Source: a virus | Reading direction: 5' to 3' (one strand) | Length of the DNA stretch: 14,368 nucleotides | UHGV virus genome: UHGV-0310616 | Shown: positions 1 to 7,645 of the stretch, in pieces | Layout of the letters: each line of letters starts with the position of its first letter | Position numbering within the stretch: position 1 is the stretch's first letter | Notes under the pieces: model-generated | The model's input: only the letters and a program-made list of their open reading frames with translations | What the model was told of the DNA's origin: nothing | Database searches by the model: none | Translations under genes and position numbers: made by a program

Positions 1-89
1 CATTGTGAGTTGTAGGTATTCTGGTTTTCCAGAACCATACGAATAGCGCGTTGACGAACTTCAGGGGGAAATCGGTTATGTTTTGTCAT
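1..89 (-). CDS. IS3-family transposase OrfA, N-terminal fragment (29 codons visible, runs off the window)
   Basis: Minus-strand translation from ATG at 89-87: MTKHNRFPPEVRQRAIRMVLENQNTYNSQ..., matching the conserved N-terminus of IS3-family OrfA HTH proteins (from memory). Below the ORF-track length cutoff. Confidence 0.55.
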   Translation of the reverse strand, partial: MTKHNRFPPEVRQRAIRMVLENQNTYNSQ

Positions 90-141
90 CCTGGTTACCT
101 CTCTCAAAGAGTGTAGTCTCCAGGATTACCGGGGCGGTTCA
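1..141 (-). mobile_element. Left terminus of an IS3-family insertion sequence (partial; continues beyond the window start)
   Basis: Minus strand reads TGAACCGCCCCGG... (revcomp of 129-141), a typical IS3-family terminal inverted repeat beginning with TG, followed about 50 nt later by GAGAGG RBS and ATG (89-87) opening an OrfA-like reading frame. Confidence 0.55.
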
Positions 142-522
142 TGGTGTAATGATCTCTTTATCACACCAATGAGACAATTCTCTGATCGTTTTTTCTCGTA
201 ACTTTTTATCGAACTGGTGATACATACCCGCAGTTACTGCCAAAAGAACAGTTTCTTGCATTTCAATAAGTGACCAGACGTAGTTTACACCCTCCTCATA
301 TGCTTGCTCATAGGCTGCCATTGGGTCGTCAAAATCAGGATTGAAATGCTCAGCGGTATACTCCAGAAACTGTTTCTCTCGCTCCTCCGCCTCTTGGGTC
401 AGATCCCCAAACTGAGACAAAAGTCTCCGTCTTGCTTCCGAAACATAAAATTCGTGAGGTTCAAGAAAATAGGGCCGATCTACTTTAGCAAGCCAAAATG
501 TCACGAAGTTATCTGATGACAT
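139..522 (-). CDS. Hypothetical protein, 127 aa, acidic; stop codon coincides with the IS terminus
   Basis: ORF with AAGGA RBS 7 nt upstream of ATG (520-522 on minus). AT-rich relative to the island core. No domain recognised. Confidence 0.7.
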   Translation of the reverse strand: MSSDNFVTFWLAKVDRPYFLEPHEFYVSEARRRLLSQFGDLTQEAEEREKQFLEYTAEHFNPDFDDPMAAYEQAYEEGVNYVWSLIEMQETVLLAVTAGMYHQFDKKLREKTIRELSHWCDKEIITP

Positions 523-585
523 AACTTATCCTTGATAATTATTGTATGGATAGATTATCCAGAAATTTGCGAACTGAGTCGGTCA

Positions 586-596
586 TTTTTTTTTTT
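586..596. repeat. Homopolymeric T11 tract in a divergent intergenic region
   Basis: Eleven consecutive T at 586-596, between the start of the minus-strand gene (522) and the plus-strand gene at 669. Confidence 0.9.
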
Positions 597-668
597 GTGT
601 GCGCGTGATGTAATAAAGGTTCAGGAATATACTGTCAGTTTACTGAAAAACTGGCAACAGAGGCGGTT

Positions 669-896
669 ATGAGCGAGAGTTACGAGTTCTCAGCAGGTTG
701 TTTTTTGAAGCTATCAATATCTTCAGGGTATTTCACTATCAAAATTCAGGGAGATCTCCCCGCTCGTGCAGCTAGTGCCATCTTGGCAGATGATGTCGAG
801 CAGGTTTTATCTCAACTAGACAAATGTTTTCAGCTGAGTAATAGGCAACGAGAAGGGATCGTTAAGTATCTTATGTCGAAGGGGATGCAGCCTTGA
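669..896 (+). CDS. Hypothetical small protein, 75 aa; first gene of a coupled pair
   Basis: ATG at 669 with GAGG upstream; stop TGA (894-896) overlaps the ATG (896-898) of the next gene. Confidence 0.6.
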   Translation: MSESYEFSAGCFLKLSISSGYFTIKIQGDLPARAASAILADDVEQVLSQLDKCFQLSNRQREGIVKYLMSKGMQP

Positions 897-1354
897 TGAC
901 TTGGATCACCCAAACAGATAACTGGACAGGGATCGCGGCGTGGGCGGGTTTTGCTTTGTCCGTATTTCAATTACTAAAATCCAGAACATCGCTAAGGCTT
1001 TATCTCGGATGTGATCAGCACGAGGACAGGATATACGTTTCGAACATAAGCGCACACGATGTAACGTTGAGTGCAGCCGGTGTGGTAACAGCCAGTGGAC
1101 GCCTTAGAATGTTATCCGACGAATATTCGGACGAGAACATGATCACACCGATGCTGCCAAAAAGATTGAAAGCACGAGACGAAATGGTCTTGAACGTGCC
1201 ATTCATAAATAAGGCTCATCACAACAAAGTGCATCATCGTGGCGGGGTTTATATCAAAACATCTGACGGCAAGATGTTCAGTGATGTTTGTTGGATCAAA
1301 CGCCAATGGTGGTGGTTACTGTCTGTAATACTACGAGACACAAAGCGATACTAA
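896..1354 (+). CDS. Hypothetical membrane protein, about 152 aa
   Basis: Starts at ATG 896 (track start 893 is a TTG). Hydrophobic N-terminal segment GIAAWAGFALSVFQLL and a C-terminal hydrophobic/Trp-rich segment QWWWLLSVIL. Translationally coupled to the upstream ORF. Confidence 0.65.
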   Translation: MTWITQTDNWTGIAAWAGFALSVFQLLKSRTSLRLYLGCDQHEDRIYVSNISAHDVTLSAAGVVTASGRLRMLSDEYSDENMITPMLPKRLKARDEMVLNVPFINKAHHNKVHHRGGVYIKTSDGKMFSDVCWIKRQWWWLLSVILRDTKRY

Positions 1355-1434
1355 GTTGATTGATAGTCCGAGGTGATGTTCTGCCCAGCGTAGTTGCTGG
1401 GTGATACACCTTCAATGATTCTTGTTAGTGTGTA

Positions 1435-1443
1435 GGGGGGGGG
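1435..1443. repeat. Homopolymeric G9 tract immediately 5' of a start codon
   Basis: Nine consecutive G at 1435-1443, then C, then ATG at 1445. Confidence 0.9.
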
Positions 1444-1444
1444 C

Positions 1445-1663
1445 ATGTTGGATTTTAAAGCTGAGTTTGTTGGCGGCAGCCATAGCGGCGAGGTTATATC
1501 ACCGATGTCCGAGGTAGAACTTAATAAACTAGGGTATAGAGTCCATTTACGTGGTGCCCCCTCTGGCGATGAAATGCCTGTACACGTTGTTGTACCTATT
1601 GAATGGTCAGCGGATGAAGCACACAGAGCCATAATGCAGCGCTGGGGTAAACGCAGACGGTAG
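1445..1663 (+). CDS. Hypothetical small protein, 72 aa
   Basis: ORF directly downstream of the G9 tract, which could act as a G-rich Shine-Dalgarno. Composition more protein-like than the overlapping antisense ORF 1351-1674. No domain recognised. Confidence 0.35.
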   Translation: MLDFKAEFVGGSHSGEVISPMSEVELNKLGYRVHLRGAPSGDEMPVHVVVPIEWSADEAHRAIMQRWGKRRR

Positions 1664-2380
1664 ATGTCGCGCATTTCTCTTAAACTGGCTGCTGTGTTTG
1701 GTGCTAATTATCCATGCAAAGTGGCCTAAGCTACGTGGAAGAATGATCAGTTTCGCATTATTTGGTTCAAGGAGGGCTCCCCCACAGCCTCACTCTCTGA
1801 ATGCAAAACAGCCCCACAATCCCACTGTTAAAAGTCCCAGCTTGAAAATTGCACGCTTATGGTTGCCCCTCCCTCAACTCTATAGCTCGCCCGCGCCCCC
1901 GTGTGCATGTGCGTGCCCGCGCGTCAGGGGTCGCTGAGAAACCCTAAGATTTTGCTCATCCGAGACAAGCATTACAGGAGCGTGCTACTGAGCGAGATGC
2001 TGGCTGATTGCTGTTGCTGAATAACCGTGTGGGACGAGTGCTGCGATCATCTGCCTTTCACTGTGTATCTGTACATCCCTCTAAAACGATCTGTATCGCT
2101 CTGTGCTGCGTTCTGTGCTTCCAATGTGTGATTCAATGCCTTTGTGATTTCGAGATCGTGGCGGTGCCGTGCTGATCTGCTGCGTGCGCTCTACGCTGTG
2201 TTCGCTGGATGTGCCGGGGAATGCTGCTGTGGGGCGGTGCCAGTCTCTTTCGGGTATACCTGATAAAGACATAGACACACTGTCTCATTTGACTATCTAT
2301 AAAACTCTATTGACTACACATTATTGATGTGATCTCTTATAGGTCTTGCTGTGATATTTCATTGAGACTTAGGGGGAAGC

Positions 2381-3013
2381 ATGGCACACAATGCGCTTAT
2401 CTATTGCCGCGCCAGTACATCAGAGCAACACGCAGACCGGGCGCTGGGCTTGCTGCGAGAGTTCGCCAGTGATCGGGGCTGGCCTGTACGGGCGGAGTAC
2501 ATCGAGAACGCCAGCGGTGCGAGGCTGGCGCGTCCTGAACTAATGCGCTTGCTGGATGATGCGCAGGCCGGAGAGGTCTTGCTTGTCGAGAGCATCGACA
2601 GGCTAAGCCGCCTTACGCAAAAGGAATGGGCGACACTGAAACAGAGGATTCAGGATAAGGGACTGGTGATCGTTGCCGTTGACCTGCCAACCTCATGGCA
2701 ACTACTGAACGATACGGCGTCAGAGCTTACAGAGGGCATCCTGAGAGCTGTTAACGCAATGCTGATTGATATCCTCGCTACGATGGCACGAGTGGACTAC
2801 GAGACACGCAGAGCACGCCAAGCGCAGGGCATCAAGCGTGCCAAAGCCGAGGGGAAATATAACGGGAAGTCTAAGGATGAGAGCGCCCGTGAAACTGTCC
2901 GCGCTATGCTTACCGTTGGGAATAAACCAGAGCACATCATGAAAGCTGCCGGGATAAGCCGGGCAACGTTCTACCGTATCAAACGTGAGCTGTCCGCCAG
3001 CGTTACAGAGTGA
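2381..3013 (+). CDS. Small serine recombinase (resolvase/DNA invertase family), 210 aa
   Basis: N-terminal catalytic motif IYCRASTSEQ (serine nucleophile context), ESIDRLSR motif, and C-terminal HTH (GISRATFYRIKRE) laid out as in gamma-delta resolvase and Hin. GGGGGA RBS upstream. Confidence 0.9.
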   Translation: MAHNALIYCRASTSEQHADRALGLLREFASDRGWPVRAEYIENASGARLARPELMRLLDDAQAGEVLLVESIDRLSRLTQKEWATLKQRIQDKGLVIVAVDLPTSWQLLNDTASELTEGILRAVNAMLIDILATMARVDYETRRARQAQGIKRAKAEGKYNGKSKDESARETVRAMLTVGNKPEHIMKAAGISRATFYRIKRELSASVTE

Positions 3014-3454
3014 TGACCTACAGTCTGATGAGATGCCAGCACTGGCCGTTACTGGGCTGTGGGTGATGGATGGCCTACAGCTTTTGTATTGATATCAGAT
3101 ATTTATGTTATGCCTAATCTCGTAATGGTATGATTTATAATGTATTTCCGTATTACTTGCGGCTCTTGATATGAAGAGATGGCGGGGCTTTAGCCGTGCC
3201 AGACGATGAGTATCAAGATCAGATTGTGAATGTGATTTATCACTGAACAATTCGAGGGATGGGGCAGGGGAAGGGATCAAAGGCTGTGTTGTCCAATCAC
3301 TCAGCTAGATTTGAAGCAGGGCAACACCTTCGTTTTACCTTTAAAGTTGCATTTAAAATACATGTACAGAAAAGGGTTCTTCCCTTTCATCCCTTCTCCT
3401 AATCAGTGTTATCGCTTTTCGCTCTACACTGGCTGCGCTTCTCGCTATGCTCCA

Positions 3455-3497
3455 GCCCGCTCCATCGCCTTTGGCTCATTCCCGGCCTTCGCCCGCT
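3455..3497 (+). repeat. Degenerate att-core-like (tRNA 3'-end-like) repeats
   Basis: GCCCGCTCCA (3455-3464) equals the last 10 nt of the att core at 13718-13727. GGCTCATTCCCGGCCTTCGCCCGCT (3473-3497) resembles GGTTCGATTCCCTTCGCCCGCT of the core, with a 12-nt exact block CCTTCGCCCGCT. Confidence 0.3.
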
Positions 3498-3762
3498 GTG
3501 ATGCTCGGCCCTCCACGCAACCGTGCTTGCCAGGCAGTCAACGCGGCGGGGATAGAGTAGTGGTACGGTACTATATTGGGATATGGTACTCACAATGCCG
3601 CTTATAACCCCTTACATCCCAGCATCCCAACAAACCTACTGAAAGTTATCAGCAAATCATTCATCAAGTCAGACAGGGCAAGGCTTACAAAGGTGTTGAT
3701 TAAAAAATAATCAAATTAGAGTTTCTACTGTGGCAAAACGAACACCACTCGCTTGTGCATAC

Positions 3763-3830
3763 GTAGTGACCTACATGAAAGTCACTACTAAAGAGGGACA
3801 GAACATTCAACGTCACTGCTGACATGAAAT
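3763..3830. promoter_or_regulatory. Candidate operator/regulatory repeats upstream of the helicase gene
   Basis: Perfect inverted repeat GTAGTGAC (3763-3770) N10 GTCACTAC (3781-3788); third GTCACT at 3812-3817; direct repeat ACATGAAA at 3773-3780 and 3823-3830. Lies 75-140 bp upstream of ATG 3904. Confidence 0.3.
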
Positions 3831-3903
3831 TCTCTCTACGGGCAGCTCGGCGCTGCCGTCCTGCGCCTCGTTCTAAACTCACCTTAATTTTGGAGATTTC
3901 ACC

Positions 3904-5748
3904 ATGCCAACGAACCTACGCCGTTTGCTTGCGCAGGCTGCCGACGCTGACCCGCTCAATACCGCAAACGCAGATGTACAGCAAATGGTCGCTGACGGGA
4001 TTGTTATTCGGCGTTCCAAGATATGCCCGATAAAGCATAAACCCGTTAAGGCGGCATACAACACGAAGACCGAAGAGTTTTATTACAATGCTGATGGCTC
4101 CGCTATGACCCTGCGGGAATGGCGAGCGCTGCATGGTGTTCAACCGAAGAAGCAAAAACAGCGCTCTGACACGGGGTTGCGGCAAGTCATCCAGCCCGGT
4201 GACGCAATTCATTGCCGACGCGCTGAGATAGAAATGTGGCTCAACAAGAAGCCTGCTCGGTATGCTGACCCGCTGCCGCCTGATTTTCCCGGTGTTCGCG
4301 TAGATGATGCCGCATTGAAACCGCGCGAGCACGCCGTTTCGGCATCGACAACCGGGCAGAATGCTTTTCTCAAAGCCTGCCGCGAGTTCCTGATTTGTGA
4401 TGAGAAGACTATACACCGCATCAACAGGGGCATGAATAAACTGGAAGCGATGCGCAATTCAGATTTCAAACGCTACGGGGACTCAGCGGAGTTTCGTCAA
4501 TTGTGGTGTGGAGAGTCGAAACCTACCGAGGATAAATTTAACAGTACAAATCATCATTGTGACCCAAACGGCTTGGCAGTGTCGCCGTCTGTGCCGTCAC
4601 TGAATACAGCCTCTTATGAGTTTCGCCCGCTGGTTCGCTGTGACCGAAACGCACGCGTTAGCCTGTTGCCACCCGATGGGCTGGAGTGGAGGCCGGGGCA
4701 GTTGTCTGTTGCTGATGCGATCTTCTCCCGTGGTAGTGATGTGCTGGCCGTTCTGCCTACGGGTTATGGCAAGACCGCCGCCTTCGCTTATCCATTGATT
4801 TATGAGTCCCGCGCTGGCGTTGGCCTGTCTGTAATCGTGGTTCCCACTAATACCCTAAAGCGCCAGATTCTCCGCCAGTTGCGGGATGCTGGCGTTCACG
4901 CTGTGGCATTCGGTGACAAGTTGCCGAGGCACCGCAACGCTCAACAACTCGCGGGGCTGGCTGCCGGGGCGTTCCGTGTTGCTGTCGTTTCACCTGAGCA
5001 TCTTGTTCTGTCGAGTCAGGTCTTCGCGGCGCTGATGGCTTACGGCGTTGATCGTTTTATCATCGACGAAGCGCACACGGTTAAAGACTGGGATTTCCGA
5101 CCCGCTTACGAGGCCATGCAGCACTCGCTACAACATGCCTTTCTTTCGGCTCAACGCTGCGTATTTACGGCTACGCTGCTACGCGAAAATGAGCGCAGTT
5201 TAATGGCGTCGCTTGGCTGCCGTGGTGATTACGTAACATTCCGTGCTGATGTTGCTCGCGAAAATATCCAGTTGACGACAGTCAGACAGTGCCGCGAACG
5301 TTTCCGAGCGGCTATTGGTCTGGTCGAGGCTCTGCCGAAAGAAGAGAAGACGCTCATTCTCGTCAATGACCTTAAGACGTTGCGGGCGTACCTGAAACTC
5401 TTAGGCGACCGGGCGCGCCCATATCACTCGAAGACGATGCACTTGAGTAACGAAGAACGCCACGCAAACGCTGAGTGGTTTGCCACTACGCCGGGCGCAA
5501 TTCTGATTGCTACTAAAGCCTTCGGGCTGGGGGCTGATGTGCCAGACATTCGCAACGTCATCGTTACATATATTCCTGATGACCTGCCTGACCTCATTCA
5601 GATGATTGGACGAGCCGGGCGCGATGGTCAACCTGCCCGCGCGTTTCTGCTGTGGTCATCGCTGGCGCTGGATGCTGCGCCTGATGAGCTTGCTTACTTC
5701 TACCGCCCTGAAAACTGCAACTGGCAGTACATCGCTAAATACCTCTGA
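3904..5748 (+). CDS. RecQ-family (SF2) DNA helicase with a roughly 260-aa N-terminal extension of unknown function
   Basis: Motif I LPTGYGKTAAF; motif II IIDEAHTVKDWDFRPAY (RecQ-type DEAH...DFRP); motif III FTATL; motif V/VI ATKAFGLGADVPDIRNVI...GRAGRDGQPA. WRPGQ precedes motif I as in RecQ. No RQC/HRDC-like tail. GGAG RBS. Confidence 0.9.
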   Translation: MPTNLRRLLAQAADADPLNTANADVQQMVADGIVIRRSKICPIKHKPVKAAYNTKTEEFYYNADGSAMTLREWRALHGVQPKKQKQRSDTGLRQVIQPGDAIHCRRAEIEMWLNKKPARYADPLPPDFPGVRVDDAALKPREHAVSASTTGQNAFLKACREFLICDEKTIHRINRGMNKLEAMRNSDFKRYGDSAEFRQLWCGESKPTEDKFNSTNHHCDPNGLAVSPSVPSLNTASYEFRPLVRCDRNARVSLLPPDGLEWRPGQLSVADAIFSRGSDVLAVLPTGYGKTAAFAYPLIYESRAGVGLSVIVVPTNTLKRQILRQLRDAGVHAVAFGDKLPRHRNAQQLAGLAAGAFRVAVVSPEHLVLSSQVFAALMAYGVDRFIIDEAHTVKDWDFRPAYEAMQHSLQHAFLSAQRCVFTATLLRENERSLMASLGCRGDYVTFRADVARENIQLTTVRQCRERFRAAIGLVEALPKEEKTLILVNDLKTLRAYLKLLGDRARPYHSKTMHLSNEERHANAEWFATTPGAILIATKAFGLGADVPDIRNVIVTYIPDDLPDLIQMIGRAGRDGQPARAFLLWSSLALDAAPDELAYFYRPENCNWQYIAKYL

Positions 5749-5786
5749 GTCGAAAGGCTCCCCCTCATTCTCTGGAGTTAATCCAT

Positions 5787-6224
5787 ATGCCTGTTACCGA
5801 ACATGCGCAGCGTCGTGCTACGCGTGCGGATGCGCTCGTCACCGCACAACTTGCCTTCGCCCTGAACGGATATTCCTTCGATGGGTTAGCTGAGCGCCAC
5901 CGCCAGACTCTTAATCGTGCGGCCATCTTGCGCCAAGCTGGTACGCCGCTACAGCGGTATTGCCTGCTCAATCACTGTGAGCCTTGGGAATGTCTGGCCG
6001 CTGTGCTGAATAGATTCCGACGCCGGGAGGATGGCGCTCGTCTTTGGCCGACCTATCGCATGGCTCGTGAGGTCTTTAATGGGACTGTTCACCCTGCCAA
6101 CAAGACGCGCGACGAGATATTTCAATCTGTGCAGCGTCGCCTCTTTTTACCAAAACCAGTACACGCCGAAGTAATCCAGTACCTGCGCGTAATGGGGCTG
6201 ACAGGAGTTAATCCGCATGACTAA
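5787..6224 (+). CDS. Hypothetical protein, 145 aa
   Basis: ATG with GGAG RBS (GGAGTTAATCCATATG). First of a chain of overlapping, translationally coupled ORFs. No domain recognised. Confidence 0.7.
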   Translation: MPVTEHAQRRATRADALVTAQLAFALNGYSFDGLAERHRQTLNRAAILRQAGTPLQRYCLLNHCEPWECLAAVLNRFRRREDGARLWPTYRMAREVFNGTVHPANKTRDEIFQSVQRRLFLPKPVHAEVIQYLRVMGLTGVNPHD

Positions 6225-6423
6225 AACCGAGTTTGAAAATGAAACGTGGCGAATGAAAGGCTTGCTTCTTGGGGCGCTAATCCGCCGCCTTGAGGAAGAC
6301 AAGGCTGGTGAGTCGCGCATGGCCGCAGCGGAGTTATCCAGTGCGGTCAACTTCCTTAAGGCCAATGCCGTAGAAGCGCCGGACACGTCATTTAACCGTG
6401 TATTTGAGGATGACGAGCAATGA
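6217..6423 (+). CDS. Hypothetical protein, 68 aa
   Basis: ATG preceded by the same RBS context (GGAGTTAATCCGCATG); overlaps the end of the upstream ORF and the start of the next. Confidence 0.6.
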   Translation: MTKTEFENETWRMKGLLLGALIRRLEEDKAGESRMAAAELSSAVNFLKANAVEAPDTSFNRVFEDDEQ

Positions 6424-6596
6424 CACCCGCAGAGTTTAGAGCATGGTTTGCAACCCTGCCGCCGAACTATCAGAGCGCAGCACGAGCCATGTATGAAAGC
6501 GCCCGCAAGACGGGAACACACACCGCTTCCAGCCTGCTACTCATTCGCACGCTGATTGAAGATCAAATCAATTTCGATGGAGACTTTACCTTATGA
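6420..6596 (+). CDS. Hypothetical protein, 58 aa (not in the supplied ORF track)
   Basis: ATG 6420 overlaps upstream stop (ATGA), stop overlaps the next ATG at 6593 (ATGA). Translation MTPAEFRAWFATLPPNYQSAARAMYESARKTGTHTASSLLLIRTLIEDQINFDGDFTL. Fills an otherwise unexplained gap in a coupled operon. Confidence 0.5.
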   Translation: MTPAEFRAWFATLPPNYQSAARAMYESARKTGTHTASSLLLIRTLIEDQINFDGDFTL

Positions 6597-7156
6597 CAGT
6601 TCTGAGCCTGACCGATATCCAGCGCATCAATACCCTCGTTAAGCGCGACCTTCGCAATGTGGAAGAGGTAGTCGCTGCAACCGGATTTGACCCGGAGGAC
6701 GTTGACGCGGTGCTGCGCGGCGTTTATGTAGCCGACCTTGCCAACCAGTGGAGGGATGAAGCCGCTATTACGCTGGAGGAATACAACGCCATCCGTAAGC
6801 GCTGGAAACCGGGGCGCGGCCACTGGGACACTGCACATGCCATTGCACGCGATTTTCTAATTCGGCCTGAAACTGTGCTGGCTATCGTCCATTCCCGCTT
6901 TAGCAACGCCCACACCCACCCGATGCCGAAAGCAGTTAAAGCAAAGCCTGAGAAACCGCAGACGATGCGCCGCCTGTTGAGCGCCGACCTCGATCAGATG
7001 CACAAGCTGGAGCGCTTCGGCTGGAAACAAACCGAGATCGCTGGGGAGCTTGGGATCTCTGCTGAGGCTGTTGCTCATGTCCTGCGCCTGATGCGTAGCA
7101 AGTGGTCTTATCCAGATATTTTGGAAGACGTTAACACGCGATTCGGGGCTAAGTGA
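6593..7156 (+). CDS. HTH-containing protein, 187 aa (regulator or possible small-terminase-like DNA-binding protein)
   Basis: C-terminal segment GWKQTEIAGELGISAEAVAHVL resembles a sigma-70 region 4 / LuxR-type helix-turn-helix. Coupled to flanking ORFs. Confidence 0.7.
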   Translation: MTVLSLTDIQRINTLVKRDLRNVEEVVAATGFDPEDVDAVLRGVYVADLANQWRDEAAITLEEYNAIRKRWKPGRGHWDTAHAIARDFLIRPETVLAIVHSRFSNAHTHPMPKAVKAKPEKPQTMRRLLSADLDQMHKLERFGWKQTEIAGELGISAEAVAHVLRLMRSKWSYPDILEDVNTRFGAK

Positions 7157-7389
7157 TGGCAGAGAACGAACCGCTGCACCCTGCCGTTAACCCTGATCTC
7201 TATGTGAACCTTGACGAACAGCGCGAGGGATACGCCCCGTTTGAATCACGCGGCTGGGATGTGCTGACACAGAACCTGTCCGGGGAAGGGCGAACTGATC
7301 CCGGCCAAGCACCAAACCAGAATCCAAGGCAGCGACCGCGTGGCTCCGTTGGCGAGCGACGTTGGTTGCGTCGTCATGGCCTTATCTAA
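7156..7389 (+). CDS. Hypothetical protein, about 77 aa
   Basis: ATG 7156 overlaps upstream stop TGA (TGATG); track start 7153 is GTG. Confidence 0.55.
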   Translation: MAENEPLHPAVNPDLYVNLDEQREGYAPFESRGWDVLTQNLSGEGRTDPGQAPNQNPRQRPRGSVGERRWLRRHGLI

Positions 7390-7403
7390 CTGAGGATTAT
7401 TTC

Positions 7404-7643
7404 ATGAGCACCATTATTTTAATGGAGCCACGCCGCGCGGCTGATTGCGGGCAACAACTGAAATTCATTGCCGAAGCCTTGAATCTTCGTCAAATCGATT
7501 TGGCTCATGTGTACCAGATCGACAGACAAGATCTCGGCAAAGCGTACCACGGACAGAAGATGATTCCTGCCCGATGCGTACACGCGCACATGCTTTTACT
7601 TGAACTGGCACATCGCCGAGTTACATCACAAGAGGTTGCATAA
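7404..7643 (+). CDS. Hypothetical protein, 79 aa
   Basis: ATG 7404 preceded by GAGGAT RBS; the track's longer 7362 start has no RBS. Confidence 0.6.
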   Translation: MSTIILMEPRRAADCGQQLKFIAEALNLRQIDLAHVYQIDRQDLGKAYHGQKMIPARCVHAHMLLLELAHRRVTSQEVA

Positions 7644-7645
7644 TC

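Noticed and set aside
554-562. DnaA-box-like TTATCCAGA
   Set aside because: Single 8/9 match with no cluster of boxes or adjacent AT-rich unwinding element; expected by chance.
1351-1674. 107-aa minus-strand ORF
   Set aside because: Ser/Pro/Thr-rich low-complexity translation, and it overlaps the more plausible plus-strand 72-aa ORF; neither is strongly supported.
1900-1924. Alternating purine-pyrimidine tract (GTGTGCATGTGCGTG...CGCGCG) with Z-DNA potential
   Set aside because: Short, and no functional context can be inferred from sequence alone.
1698-1937. 79-aa plus-strand ORF, proline-rich
   Set aside because: Low-complexity product with no RBS, lying in a C-rich non-coding stretch; more likely non-coding.
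3311-3607. 98-aa plus-strand ORF in the recombinase-helicase intergenic region
   Set aside because: No RBS, odd composition, and it spans the att-like repeat region; treated as non-coding.
3916-4469. Minus-strand ORFs of 166 and 86 aa inside the helicase gene
   Set aside because: Antisense to a gene with unambiguous RecQ motifs; composition is not protein-like.
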